A DNA stretch of 64,000 nucleotides from an uncultured Bifidobacteriaceae bacterium (GCA_964532485.1 CAZHKE010000001.1:68358-132357); one strand, 5' to 3'; shown: positions 8,131 through 19,171, counted from the stretch's first letter. Notes: generated by a model not told the origin, from the sequence alone. Numbers and translations are program-made.

Positions 8131-9167
8131 GTCAGCGACTCCGCGATCTCGAAGGCCCGTGCACGCAGACGATCGTGAGACACGATCTCGTCGACGAGAC
8201 CCCAGTCGCGCGCCTGGTCGACGCCGATCGTACCGTCGCGCAGCAGCAGCGAGAGGACTGCGCGGCGCCCGGCACGGCGAGCGATCGACACGGTCCCGCC
8301 CGCTCCCGGCACGAGGCCGATCGCCTGTTCGGGCAGCCCGATGCGGGTGTCGTCGCTCGCGAGCACGTGATCGGCGAACGCCGCGAGCTCGATGCCCGCG
8401 CCCAGACAGGTCCCGTGGACGGCGACGACGAGTCGCTCGTGCAGCGCGGCGAACCGCCCGGCCGGTGAGCGCAGCAGGCGGACCATGTGGGCGGTCGCCG
8501 GGTCGGGGAACGTCCCGAACTCGTCGAGGTCGCCCCCCGACGAGAACGACGGCCCGTCGCCGCGCACGACGATGCCACCCGAGCTCCAGGTGGCGTCCGC
8601 CAGCGCGGCGTCGAGCGCATCGCGCATCGCGGCGTCGAGGGCGTTGTGGCGGCCCGGGCGCGTCAGCACGATCTCGGTCACGTCGCCGACCGACTCGACG
8701 CGGACTCGCGCGAGATCGGCGTCGTCGGCGGGGCGAGCAGGGGTCGCGTCGCGCCAGGCGCGGAACTCCGGACCCGCCTGCAGCACGGAGTAGACCGCAG
8801 ACTCGGCGTTGAGGCCGTCATCGACGTCGGTGCGCGGTGCCCGTAGCAGCAACGCTGCGCTGACGGCCGCGAGTGGCGCCCGCGCGAACGCGTCCTCGAC
8901 GGCGCGCACGTCGTCGTCGGTCGCGACGACATCGAACGAGCCCTCGATCTCCTCGGGTGGTGAGATCGCGACCGTCAGCGCCGGCACCGCGCGCAGGACG
9001 GCGCGCGACGACGGAGGGACCGACTCGGGCCAGGCGCCCTCGAACCGGACGCACGCTCCCGGCGCCAGTGCGTCACGCAACATGGCGTCGAGCGCGACGC
9101 CCCCGGCCGCGAGGCCGGTGGCATCGACCCGAACGACCGTCGCGTGGGTGGCGGCGGCGCCCTCCAT
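8127..9167 (-). CDS. Enoyl-CoA hydratase/isomerase family protein with an N-terminal degenerate crotonase-like extension
   Basis: 346 aa. The C-terminal roughly 190 aa is crotonase-like (VLTRPGRHNALD, GDGPSFSSGGDL, GTCLGAGIELAAFAD, GLVPGAGGT). The N-terminal roughly 150 aa ends in a crotonase C-terminal-like segment (GLNAESAVYSVLQAGPEFRAW) but has no oxyanion-hole motifs. Confidence 0.75.
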   Translation of the reverse strand: MEGAAATHATVVRVDATGLAAGGVALDAMLRDALAPGACVRFEGAWPESVPPSSRAVLRAVPALTVAISPPEEIEGSFDVVATDDDVRAVEDAFARAPLAAVSAALLLRAPRTDVDDGLNAESAVYSVLQAGPEFRAWRDATPARPADDADLARVRVESVGDVTEIVLTRPGRHNALDAAMRDALDAALADATWSSGGIVVRGDGPSFSSGGDLDEFGTFPDPATAHMVRLLRSPAGRFAALHERLVVAVHGTCLGAGIELAAFADHVLASDDTRIGLPEQAIGLVPGAGGTVSIARRAGRRAVLSLLLRDGTIGVDQARDWGLVDEIVSHDRLRARAFEIAESLT

Positions 9168-9185
9168 CCCTGCCTGGTGCGTGGT

Positions 9186-9329
9186 TCAGTCCGACGACGG
9201 GAGCGGCTTGGCCTGGGCGACCTCCATCGCCTGGCCGTGGCACGAGACCTCGCCGTCGCCCGGCTTCGTGACGAGGACCGTGGCCTCGCACACGCTGCAC
9301 TGGTAGCGCTTGCCCAGCAGGTTCGCCAT
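9186..9329 (-). CDS. 47-aa desulforedoxin-like / zinc-ribbon mini-protein (CxxC...CH variant)
   Basis: Own translation: MANLLGKRYQCSVCEATVLVTKPGDGEVSCHGQAMEVAQAKPLPSSD. AGGA lies 9-12 nt upstream of the ATG. Paralog of the ORF immediately upstream. Below the track length cut-off. Confidence 0.55.
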   Translation of the reverse strand: MANLLGKRYQCSVCEATVLVTKPGDGEVSCHGQAMEVAQAKPLPSSD

Positions 9330-9338
9330 GCGTGCGTC

Positions 9339-9464
9339 CTAGGAGCTCTTGGCGGTCATCGGCTCGTCGCAGCAGACGATCACCTCGTCGGTGCCCTTCA
9401 CGACGATGATCTCGGTCCCGCACTTCGAGCAGCGCAGGCGCGTTCCCACGGCCGTCGGTGCCAT
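9339..9464 (-). CDS. 41-aa desulforedoxin-like mini-protein (CxxCG...VCC.EPM)
   Basis: Own translation: MAPTAVGTRLRCSKCGTEIIVVKGTDEVIVCCDEPMTAKSS. Cys spacing matches the desulforedoxin / desulfoferrodoxin N-terminal domain as I recall it. No strong SD. Confidence 0.55.
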   Translation of the reverse strand: MAPTAVGTRLRCSKCGTEIIVVKGTDEVIVCCDEPMTAKSS

Positions 9465-9483
9465 GCGGTCAGACTATCGCCGC

Positions 9484-10371
9484 ATGTCTTCCGGACCTGA
9501 AGCCCGATCCGACGGGCCCGACCCGGACGTCGCGCCGGACATCGACGTCCCGGCCCTCACCGACATCCGGTTCGAGGTCCGGGACCACGTCGCCGTCGTG
9601 ACCCTCGACCGGCCCGACCAGCGGAACGCGTTCACGGGGGCGATGGGCGACAGCCTGGGCCGGTTGCACGCGCACTGCGACACCGACGACGACATCCGCG
9701 TGGTCGTGGTGACCGGCGCGGGTGACGCGTTCTGCGCCGGGGCCGACCTCACGCCCGGGGGCGCGACGTTCGCGGCTCCGGGCGAGCGGGCTGGAGGCGC
9801 CGAGGCGTTCACGTCGTCGCCGATCCGGCCGACCGCGTGGCAGATCCGCAAGCCCGTGCTCGCGGCGATGAACGGGCACGCGATCGGCATCGGCATGACG
9901 CTCGCCATGCACTGCGACGTCCGCTTCATGGCGACCGGCGCGAAGTACGGCTTCGTCCACAACCGGCGCGGCGTCCTGCCCGACGCGCACTCGCACTGGA
10001 CGGTGCCGCGGGCGGTCGGGTTCGCGCGAGCCGCCGACCTGCTGCTGTCAGGCAGGCACTTCACCGCCGAGGAGGCGTTCGCCATGGGCCTCGCGGCGCG
10101 TGCGCTCCCCGCCGACGAGGTGCTGCCGGCCACGCTCGAGTACGCCCGCGACCTCGCCGTCAACACCGCACCGCTGTCGATCGCGCTGTCGAAGCGGCTG
10201 CTCTGGCACCAGCCCACGCTGGACGCCGACGAGTGCGACCGGCTCGAGACCGCGTACCACCGCGTCGTCATGGGTCGCGACGACGCCCGTGAAGGCGTGC
10301 TGGCGTTCCTCGAGCGCCGCGACCCCGAATGGTCGCTGAGCCCGACCCGCGACTGGCCCGAGGAGCCTTGA
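9484..10371 (+). CDS. Enoyl-CoA hydratase/isomerase (crotonase)
   Basis: In frame with track ORF 9349-10371. ATG 9484 (MSSGPEARSD...) avoids overlap with the divergent mini-ORFs. Motifs VVTLDRPDQRNAF, VVVVTGAGDAFCAGADL, MNGHAIGIGMTLAMHCD. Confidence 0.85.
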   Translation: MSSGPEARSDGPDPDVAPDIDVPALTDIRFEVRDHVAVVTLDRPDQRNAFTGAMGDSLGRLHAHCDTDDDIRVVVVTGAGDAFCAGADLTPGGATFAAPGERAGGAEAFTSSPIRPTAWQIRKPVLAAMNGHAIGIGMTLAMHCDVRFMATGAKYGFVHNRRGVLPDAHSHWTVPRAVGFARAADLLLSGRHFTAEEAFAMGLAARALPADEVLPATLEYARDLAVNTAPLSIALSKRLLWHQPTLDADECDRLETAYHRVVMGRDDAREGVLAFLERRDPEWSLSPTRDWPEEP

Positions 10372-10383
10372 CTCGCTCTCTGA

Positions 10384-10421
10384 TGCGTCCCTCACCCTCG
10401 AATGCGCGGGTGCGGGACGCA
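10384..10421. repeat. Hairpin repeat, copy B
   Basis: TGCGTCCCTCACCC-TCGAATGCGC-GGGTGCGGGACGCA (13/14 stem). Shares the GA...ACC flanks and loop consensus of copy A. Lies between convergent genes. Confidence 0.65.
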
Positions 10422-10435
10422 ACCATGGGTCCGGC

Positions 10436-11548
10436 TCAGGCCCAGGGGACACCCTCGCCGGGGGACTCGAGGCCGAGCATGTCGGCGAGGACGCGGGTGA
10501 CGGCGTTGTTCTCGGCCATGTCGGTGTCGGGGGGCATGAGCTCGAAGTCGACGAGCAGGTGCTTGAGCCGCATCATCACGACGGCGAACCGCAGGCCGCC
10601 GAAGATCTCGTAGAGCTCCAGATCGCGGGCGGCCCGGCCGCTGGTCTGCTCGTAGCGATCGACCATCTCCTCACGAGTCGGGAAGCCAACCAGGCGCGGC
10701 GCGGGCATGCCCTCGTGGAAGTGACGGTCGAGGAACAGCCACCATCCGAGGTCCATCATCGGATCGGCGAGGGTCACCATCTCCCAGTCGACGACGGCGC
10801 GCACGTGGTGGTCGGGACCGAAGAGCTGGTTGTTGATCCGCGCGTCACCCCAGCACAGCCCGATCTCGGGGTCCTCGGCCGGCGCGTTCTCGCGCACCCA
10901 CTCGAGCGCGGCCTTCGCGATCCGAGGTGGCTCCGATCCCGGGTCGGCCCACTCGTACGACGCCTCGTAGTACCGCAGCTGTTGCTCGAAACCGAGCTTC
11001 CCGTACTGCGGCTTGTCGAGGAACTCGAAGCCGAGTGCCCGCCAGTCGACGGCGTGCACGGCCGCGAGCGCATCGAGCCCGCTCTCGACGAGCGTCCTCC
11101 GGTCGGCGGGCGTCGTCTCCTCGAAGAACCAGCCGCCGAGGGTGTAGGGCGGTGTGTCGGTCGGCGCCCGCCCGTCGACCTTGTCCATCACGAAGAACGG
11201 CGCGCCGAGGTGCTCGTCGCTCTCCTCGAACCACCGCATGGTGGGAACGGGAACGTCCGTCTTCGCCCCGAGCGTCTCCAGCACCCGGTACTGCGACTCG
11301 AAGTCGGCTTCCAGGAAGACCGTGTGCTGGGTCGGCTTCACGCGCAGCACGAGGCCCTCGGTGCGCCGGGTGCCCGCGGCGTCGGTGCAGCGGGCGTCGA
11401 ACAGCAGGGTCTCGTTGGAGAAGCCGGTGAACGCGGGGCCGGAGAGCTCGCCGACCTCCACGTCCCTCACATCGGGCAGCCGCTCCGCCAGCCAGCTCGC
11501 GATGATGCCGCGGGTCTTCTCGAGATCGCGCTGCTCGGGGATCGGCAC
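10436..11548 (-). CDS. Phosphotransferase (APH/choline-kinase-like) family protein
   Basis: 370 aa with FFVMDKVDG, catalytic-loop-like LCWGDARINNQLF, and VVDWEM. Confidence 0.75.
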   Translation of the reverse strand: MPIPEQRDLEKTRGIIASWLAERLPDVRDVEVGELSGPAFTGFSNETLLFDARCTDAAGTRRTEGLVLRVKPTQHTVFLEADFESQYRVLETLGAKTDVPVPTMRWFEESDEHLGAPFFVMDKVDGRAPTDTPPYTLGGWFFEETTPADRRTLVESGLDALAAVHAVDWRALGFEFLDKPQYGKLGFEQQLRYYEASYEWADPGSEPPRIAKAALEWVRENAPAEDPEIGLCWGDARINNQLFGPDHHVRAVVDWEMVTLADPMMDLGWWLFLDRHFHEGMPAPRLVGFPTREEMVDRYEQTSGRAARDLELYEIFGGLRFAVVMMRLKHLLVDFELMPPDTDMAENNAVTRVLADMLGLESPGEGVPWA

Positions 11549-11609
11549 GGTCTCGCTCCCTCTCCGCTCTTGGCGCCTGCGGCGCCGGGATGCTCGGCCA
11601 CGGCTCGCT

Positions 11610-11632
11610 GCGGCGCAGGGTACCTGCGCCGC
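11610..11632 (-). terminator. Stem-loop downstream of the racemase gene (possible factor-independent terminator without a U-tail)
   Basis: GCGGCGCAGG-GTA-CCTGCGCCGC: 10-bp perfect GC-rich stem with a 3-nt loop, in the 103-bp gap after the stop at 11652. Confidence 0.4.
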
Positions 11633-11651
11633 GGGCGCTCGCCTCTGGCTC

Positions 11652-12802
11652 CTAGATCACGACACCCATGGCGACGAGGCCAGCCACCTCGTCGCGCGAC
11701 AGGCCCCACGCCTCGAGGACGTGCGTCTCGCGTTCGCCGGCGTGCTCGGGCGGTGCCGGGTCGGCCAACGGCGTGCCCGAGAAGCGCGGCGCGGGCGCGG
11801 GTTGAGGAACGCCCCGGATCTCACGGAACGTCGCGCGCGCCCGATTGTGCGGGTGCGATGGCGCCTCGACCGGGTCGAGGACCGGTGCCACGCACGCGTC
11901 GAAGTCGGCGAAGTGCTGCTCCCACTCGTCGCGGGTTCGCGTCCGGATCACCGTGGCGAACCGCTCGCGCAGCTCGGGCCATCCGTCACGGTCGTGCTGC
12001 TCGGGGAGGTCCTCGCCCGCGAGCTCGAGCCCTTCGAGGAGCTGCGCGTAGAACTGCGGCTCGATCGCGCCGACGGCGAGCCACCGGCCGTCGCTGGTCT
12101 CGTAGCTGTCGTACCAGGGCGAGCCCGTGTCGAGCATGTTCGTGCCCCGCGGTCCCCAGAACCCCGACGCGCGCGCCGCGTAGAACGGGGTCAGCATCAC
12201 CGCCGCGCCGTCGACCATCGCCGCGTCGACGACCTGCCCCTGACCGGTGTGCTCGCGCGCGAGGAGCGCCGCGACGATTCCGTACGCGAGCAGCATCCCG
12301 CCGCCCGCGAAGTCGGCGAGCACGTTGATCGGTGGCGTCGGCGGTGCGCCCGCGCGGCCGAGCGGCTCCAGTGCCCCGGCGATCGCGAGGTAGTCGAGAT
12401 CGTGGCCGGCCCTGTCGGCGAGCGGGCCGTCCTGGCCGTACCCGGTCAGTCGCCCGTACACCAGGCGCGGGTTGCGGCCGCGCGCGACGTCGGGGCCGAT
12501 GCCGAGGCGCTCCGCGACTCCCGGGCGGAACACCTCGAACACGGCGTCGGCTGCATCGGTGAGGCGCAGGAACGTCTCGACGCCGCTCGGTGCCTTGAGG
12601 TCGAGCCCGATCGCGGCCTTCGATCGGTACATCGCGTTCGTCGCCGGCGTGGAGGCGTCGATCGCGCGCACCGCGTCGACGCGGTCGACGCGCAGCACCT
12701 CGGCGCCGAGGTCGGCGAGCAGCATCCCGCAGAAGGGACCGGGCCCCAGCCCCAGGAGCTCGACGACCCGCACACCCTCGAGCGGCCCGCCTCGCCCGAG
12801 GC

Positions 12803-12806
<4 letters not shown>
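11652..12806 (-). CDS. mcr: Alpha-methylacyl-CoA racemase (family III CoA-transferase fold)
   Basis: 384 aa with GVRVVELLGLGPGPFCGMLLADLGAEVLRVDR, GQVVDAAMVDG, AVGAIEPQFYA, PAPRFS. These blocks match my recollection of M. tuberculosis Mcr (Rv1143). Confidence 0.8.
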
Positions 12807-14735
<1,929 letters not shown>

Positions 14736-14766
14736 CGGGGCCGGGGTTCCCTGTCGCGCGCCGGGT

Positions 14767-15705
14767 CTAGGACCGCGCGTCGAGGGCCCGCGTGAGGAAC
14801 GCGGCGATCTCGGCCATGGCCTCGTCCGCCGCGGGCGTAAGCGCGTCCATGCTCAGGAAGCCGTGGATCATCCCGGGGTATCGCAGCGAGGAGACGTCGA
14901 CGCCGGCGTCGCGCAGGGCCTGCGCATAGGCCTCGCCCTCGTCGCGCAAGACGTCGTACTCGGCGGTGATCACGAGCGCCGGCGGCGCCTCGGCGAGGTC
15001 GGTCGCGCGCAGGACCGACGCGTACGGATCTGCCGGGTCGCCGTCGGGCCCGAGGTACTGGGACCAGAACCAACGCATCTGGGAGGCGGTGAGGGGGAAC
15101 CGGTCGGCGATCTCGGCGAACGACTTCGTCGCGCACGCGGCATCGATCACCGGGTAGACGAGCGCCTGGGCCGCGAGGCCCGGCCCGCCGTTGCGCGCCG
15201 CGAGCGCGGTCGCGGCGGCCAGGTTGCCGCCCGAGCTGTCGCCGGCCACCGCGATGCGCTCGGGGTCGCCGGCGAACTCGGCGGCGTGGCCGGTGAGCCA
15301 GTGGGTGACCGCCATGCAGTCGTCGAGCGCGGCCGGAAAGCGGTGCTCGGGCGCGAGCCGGTAGTCGACGCTGACGACCACCGCCTTGGTCGCGTTGGCG
15401 AGTCGACGACAGACTCGGTCGTGGGTCTCGATGCTCATGAACACGAACCCACCACCGTGGAAGTACGCCACGACCGACGAGGTCTCCTCCGGGTCGGGGT
15501 CGTACACCCGCACGGGGATGTCGCCCGCCGGACCGGGGAGGTGACGGTCCTCGACCACCTCGACCGGCTCGGGCTCGCGTGCGCCGACGAAGCCGATGGC
15601 CAGTGCCTGCTCGCGCGCGACGTCGAGCGCGAGACTCTCGAGCGCGGGAGCGTCAGGCCTGGCCGTGGCGTCGAGGTGTGCCTGTATCTCGGGGGCGACG
15701 GGCAT
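14767..15705 (-). CDS. Alpha/beta-hydrolase esterase/lipase (hormone-sensitive-lipase family)
   Basis: 312 aa with YFHGGGFVF oxyanion motif, GDSSGGNL nucleophile elbow and C-terminal HGF. Confidence 0.85.
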   Translation of the reverse strand: MPVAPEIQAHLDATARPDAPALESLALDVAREQALAIGFVGAREPEPVEVVEDRHLPGPAGDIPVRVYDPDPEETSSVVAYFHGGGFVFMSIETHDRVCRRLANATKAVVVSVDYRLAPEHRFPAALDDCMAVTHWLTGHAAEFAGDPERIAVAGDSSGGNLAAATALAARNGGPGLAAQALVYPVIDAACATKSFAEIADRFPLTASQMRWFWSQYLGPDGDPADPYASVLRATDLAEAPPALVITAEYDVLRDEGEAYAQALRDAGVDVSSLRYPGMIHGFLSMDALTPAADEAMAEIAAFLTRALDARS

Positions 15706-15748
15706 GGGCGCAGAAGCCTTGCACGTCGCGCGGCGTCCGCCGCGGACC

Positions 15749-16462
15749 TCAGGCGGCTCCCGACCAGTGGCCCTCGAGCGCCGCGGCGGCCTCCGCGGGT
15801 CGCTCGACGATCGCCCAGTGACTCCCGTCGAGGAGCGCGACCCGCGCGCCGCTGATCTCGGCGAACCGGAGACCCGACGCCGGTGGGCCCACCGGGTCGT
15901 GCTCGCCCCAGAGCACGAGGCCCGGGAGCTCGACCGGTCCGGTCGGAGCCCAATCGCCCGGTAGGTCCGTCGCCGAGCGGTACAGCGCGAGGATGCAGCG
16001 CTTCATCGTCTCGTCGATCGCGGCGGCGGCGCCGTCAGCGTCCGGGTGCCCGACGTCCGCGAGGCCGGGCGCGATCGTCTCGCCGCTGAACGACTCCATG
16101 ATCTGCTCACCGACCTCGGGCGTCTGCCACTGAACGGCGAGGTCGTGCCACCTGAACCTGTCCGTGACCGCGCCGTTGCTCAACGTGAAGGTGCGCAGCA
16201 GATCGGGGCGCGTGAGCGCGACGCGCTGCGACAGCAGCGAGCCCCAGTCGTGGCCGACCAGATCGACGGGCTCCTCGATGCCGTCCACCTGAGCCACGAT
16301 CCAGTCGACGTACGCCTCCTTCGTCGCGGCGAAGCCCTCGGGCAGCGGCGCGCCGAAGCCGGGGAGTCGAAGCGTGATGACGTCGTCGCGCGAGAGCTCC
16401 GAGAGCAGCGGATCCCACATCCCGGCGGTGTCGGGGACGCCGTGGACGAAGACGGCAGGCAC
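15749..16462 (-). CDS. Alpha/beta hydrolase (epoxide-hydrolase / haloalkane-dehalogenase-like)
   Basis: In-frame GTG at 16462 gives MPAVFVHGVPDTAGMW...LVGHDWGSLL (GHDWG nucleophile motif). The longer track ORF (to 16648) would overlap the upstream ligase gene. Confidence 0.75.
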   Translation of the reverse strand: MPAVFVHGVPDTAGMWDPLLSELSRDDVITLRLPGFGAPLPEGFAATKEAYVDWIVAQVDGIEEPVDLVGHDWGSLLSQRVALTRPDLLRTFTLSNGAVTDRFRWHDLAVQWQTPEVGEQIMESFSGETIAPGLADVGHPDADGAAAAIDETMKRCILALYRSATDLPGDWAPTGPVELPGLVLWGEHDPVGPPASGLRFAEISGARVALLDGSHWAIVERPAEAAAALEGHWSGAA

Positions 16463-16472
16463 GGACGGAACG

Positions 16473-18098
16473 CTAGGTGCTCGCGGTCGCCGTGGTCGCG
16501 ACCTGCTGGGCCCACCGGTAGTCGGGCTTCCCCGACGGCGAGCGTTGGATCGACGCGACGAAGTGCAGCTCGCGCGGCACCTTGAAGCCGGCGATGACGC
16601 CGCGGCAATGCTCCTGGATCGACTCGAGCGTCGGCTCCGCCGACTCACGCGGCTGCACCACCGCGACGACGCGCTGACCCCAGCGGTTGTCCTTCACGCC
16701 CACGACGACGCAGTCGTACACGTCGGGATGCCCCTTGACCGCGCCCTCGACCTCCTCGGGAAAGATCTTCTCGCCGCCCGAGTTGATCGATACGGAGCCC
16801 CGGCCGAGCAGCGTGATCGTGCCGTCGGCGTCCATCGTCGCGGAGTCGCCGGGGATCGCGTAGCGCACACCTTGCCTGTCGGTCACGAACGTCTCGGCGG
16901 TCTTCGCGGGGTCCTTGTAGTACTCGAGGGGGATGTTCCCTCGACGCGCGACCCGGCCGATCACCTCGGAGCCGGCTTCGACGATCTCGAGGTTCTCGTC
17001 GAGGACGACCGTGTCGGCGATCGGGGTCACCGTCGGACCGCCCTTCATCGCCGTCTTCCCCTTCCGGACGAGCGTGTAGCCGTTGGACCCGCTCTCCGAG
17101 GCGCCGATCGCCTCGGAGAGGATCAGGTCGGGGAAGCGCTCGAGGAACTCGTCCTTCACGCTCGGAGAGAACAGCGCCGCGGTGCTCGAGAGCGACACCC
17201 ACGACGAGAGGTCGAGCGCCTGCACCTCGGGGTCGTCGAGTGCCTCCAGCAACGGGCGCGCCATGGCATCGCCCGTGATCATCATCGCGTGCACCCCTTC
17301 GGCGGCCACGAGCCTCCAGACCTCGACCGGATCGAACTTCGGGACGAGGCAGATCTTGTTCCCGATCAGCGCGCCGCCCATGACGCCCCACTGCGTCGCG
17401 CCGTGCATCAGCGGGGCGATCGGCAGCATCACGGCCTGCGTAGCGTTGGTGAGTCCCTTCTCGACCATCGCCTCGGGCCGGTCGACCTTCACGCCGGTCA
17501 CGACGTCGATCCCACCACCCAGGGCGAAGAACACGTCCTCTTGGCGCCAGACGACGCCCTTGGGCATGCCGGTCGTCCCCCCCGTGTAGAGGATGTAGCG
17601 GTCGTCGGGGGAGCGGGGCCCGAAGTCGCGCTCGGGGGACGCACCCGCGAGCGCGTCCTCATAGGCCACCGACCCCAGCTGCGAGACGTCGGCGCCGGAG
17701 CCGTCGTCGATCACGACCGAGTGGGTGAGCAGCGGGAGCCGGTCGAGGACGCCCTGCGCCCGGGGGCCGAACTCTCGCTGGTACACGAGCGCCTTCAGGT
17801 CGGCGTTGTCGAACAGGTACGCGAGCTCGTCCTCCACGTAGCGGTAGTTGATGTTGACCCACACGGCCCGCAGCTTGAAGACGGCCCAGAGGGTCTCGAC
17901 CCACTCGACGGAGTTGAGGGCGTAGATCCCCACGTGGTCACCGGGGCCGATGCCGTGCGCCGCCAGGTGGTGGGCGAGGCGGTTCGCCCGCTCTTCCATC
18001 TCCGCGTACGTGCGGCGCTTGCCGGCGCACACGAGGTACTCGCGGTCGCCGAAGTGATCGACCGAGTTCTCGAACATGTCCGCGAGGTTGAATTCCAT
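16473..18098 (-). CDS. Acyl-CoA synthetase (FadD-like)
   Basis: ATG at 18098 gives MEFNLADMFENSVDHFGDREYLV...YILYTGGTTGMPKGVVWRQEDV. 541 aa. The upstream part of track ORF 16473-18563 is Arg/Gly-rich junk overlapping the next gene. Confidence 0.85.
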   Translation of the reverse strand: MEFNLADMFENSVDHFGDREYLVCAGKRRTYAEMEERANRLAHHLAAHGIGPGDHVGIYALNSVEWVETLWAVFKLRAVWVNINYRYVEDELAYLFDNADLKALVYQREFGPRAQGVLDRLPLLTHSVVIDDGSGADVSQLGSVAYEDALAGASPERDFGPRSPDDRYILYTGGTTGMPKGVVWRQEDVFFALGGGIDVVTGVKVDRPEAMVEKGLTNATQAVMLPIAPLMHGATQWGVMGGALIGNKICLVPKFDPVEVWRLVAAEGVHAMMITGDAMARPLLEALDDPEVQALDLSSWVSLSSTAALFSPSVKDEFLERFPDLILSEAIGASESGSNGYTLVRKGKTAMKGGPTVTPIADTVVLDENLEIVEAGSEVIGRVARRGNIPLEYYKDPAKTAETFVTDRQGVRYAIPGDSATMDADGTITLLGRGSVSINSGGEKIFPEEVEGAVKGHPDVYDCVVVGVKDNRWGQRVVAVVQPRESAEPTLESIQEHCRGVIAGFKVPRELHFVASIQRSPSGKPDYRWAQQVATTATAST

Positions 18099-18118
18099 GG
18101 TCTTCGAACGGTAGCGGC

Positions 18119-19144
18119 TCAGGTGGTGAGGTCCGCGAGGACGCGCAGCGCCTGCTCGTCCTGGCCGCCGACGAGCAGCGTCGTGACGGGCGTCGCGCGC
18201 CAGGCCTCGAGCCGCTCGGCGATCCGCTCCTTCGGCCCGACGAGCGAGATCTCGTCGGCGAACGCCTCGGGGACGGCCATGATCGCCTCGTCGCGCTTGC
18301 CCGCGAAGAACAGGTCCTGGACCTTGAAGGCCTCGTCCTCGTACCCCATTCGGGCCATGAGCTCGGTGTGGAAGTTCTTGCTCCTCGCGCCCATGCCGCC
18401 GATGTAGAACCCGAGCGCGGCCTTCACCGGCCAGAGGGCGACGCTCACGTCGTCGGCAACGCTCACCGACACGTTCACCGCGATCTCGAAGCCGGGCTCG
18501 GCGTGCGCGATCTGCTCGTCGTAGACCTCGGGCCGGTACGGCGAGTAGTACAGGGGCACCCACCCGTCGGCGATCTCGGCCGCGAGCGCGACGTTCTTCG
18601 GGCCCTCGGCGCCGAGGTAGATCGGGATGTCGCTCCGCCGTGGGTGCGTGATCATCTTCAGCGGCTTCCCGAGGCCGAGCGCGTCGTCACCCGCGTAGGG
18701 GAGCGGGTAGTGGGGGCCGGCGCTCTCGACCGGCTCCTCCCGGGCGAGAGCGTCGCGGATGATCTGGACGTACTCGCGGGTGCGCGCGAGCGGCTTGCCG
18801 AAGGGCCGGCCGTACCAGCCCTCGACGACCTGGGGACCGCTGACACCGATGCCGAGGCACGCGCGCCCTTCGGACAGCCCGTCGAGCGTCATGGCGTGCA
18901 TCGCCATGGTCGTGGGTGACCGTGCCGACATCTGCGCGATGCCGGTGCAGAGCTTGAGACGCGACGTCGCGGCCGCGACCGCGGCGAGTGGCGAGAACGC
19001 GTCCGAGCTCCACGACTCGCCGGTCCAGATCGAGTCGAAGCCGAGATCCTCGGCGAGGGTGGCCGACTCGACGAGCTCGCGTGCCGAGCGCGGCTGCGCG
19101 GTCCAGTAGCCCATCTGCAGCCCGAGCTTGAGGTCCTGTGCCAC
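18119..19144 (-). CDS. LLM-class (luciferase-like) F420/flavin-dependent oxidoreductase
   Basis: 341 aa with LGFDSIWTGESW, LGIGVSGPQVVEGWYG, IPIYLGAEGPKN. GTG start. Confidence 0.8.
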   Translation of the reverse strand: MAQDLKLGLQMGYWTAQPRSARELVESATLAEDLGFDSIWTGESWSSDAFSPLAAVAAATSRLKLCTGIAQMSARSPTTMAMHAMTLDGLSEGRACLGIGVSGPQVVEGWYGRPFGKPLARTREYVQIIRDALAREEPVESAGPHYPLPYAGDDALGLGKPLKMITHPRRSDIPIYLGAEGPKNVALAAEIADGWVPLYYSPYRPEVYDEQIAHAEPGFEIAVNVSVSVADDVSVALWPVKAALGFYIGGMGARSKNFHTELMARMGYEDEAFKVQDLFFAGKRDEAIMAVPEAFADEISLVGPKERIAERLEAWRATPVTTLLVGGQDEQALRVLADLTT

Positions 19145-19171
19145 GGGGGTGACCGTACACGTGGCTCTCGG

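Noticed and set aside
18099-18563. N-terminal extensions of several track ORFs (for example 16473-18563, 13377-14735, 45180-46790, 58841-60862, 9349-10371).
   Set aside because: The extensions overlap neighbouring genes and are compositionally junk. Internal in-frame starts give canonical N-termini (MEFNLADMF.., [15 protein letters not shown].., MTTIVPS.., MLDLIIRG.., MSSGPEA..).
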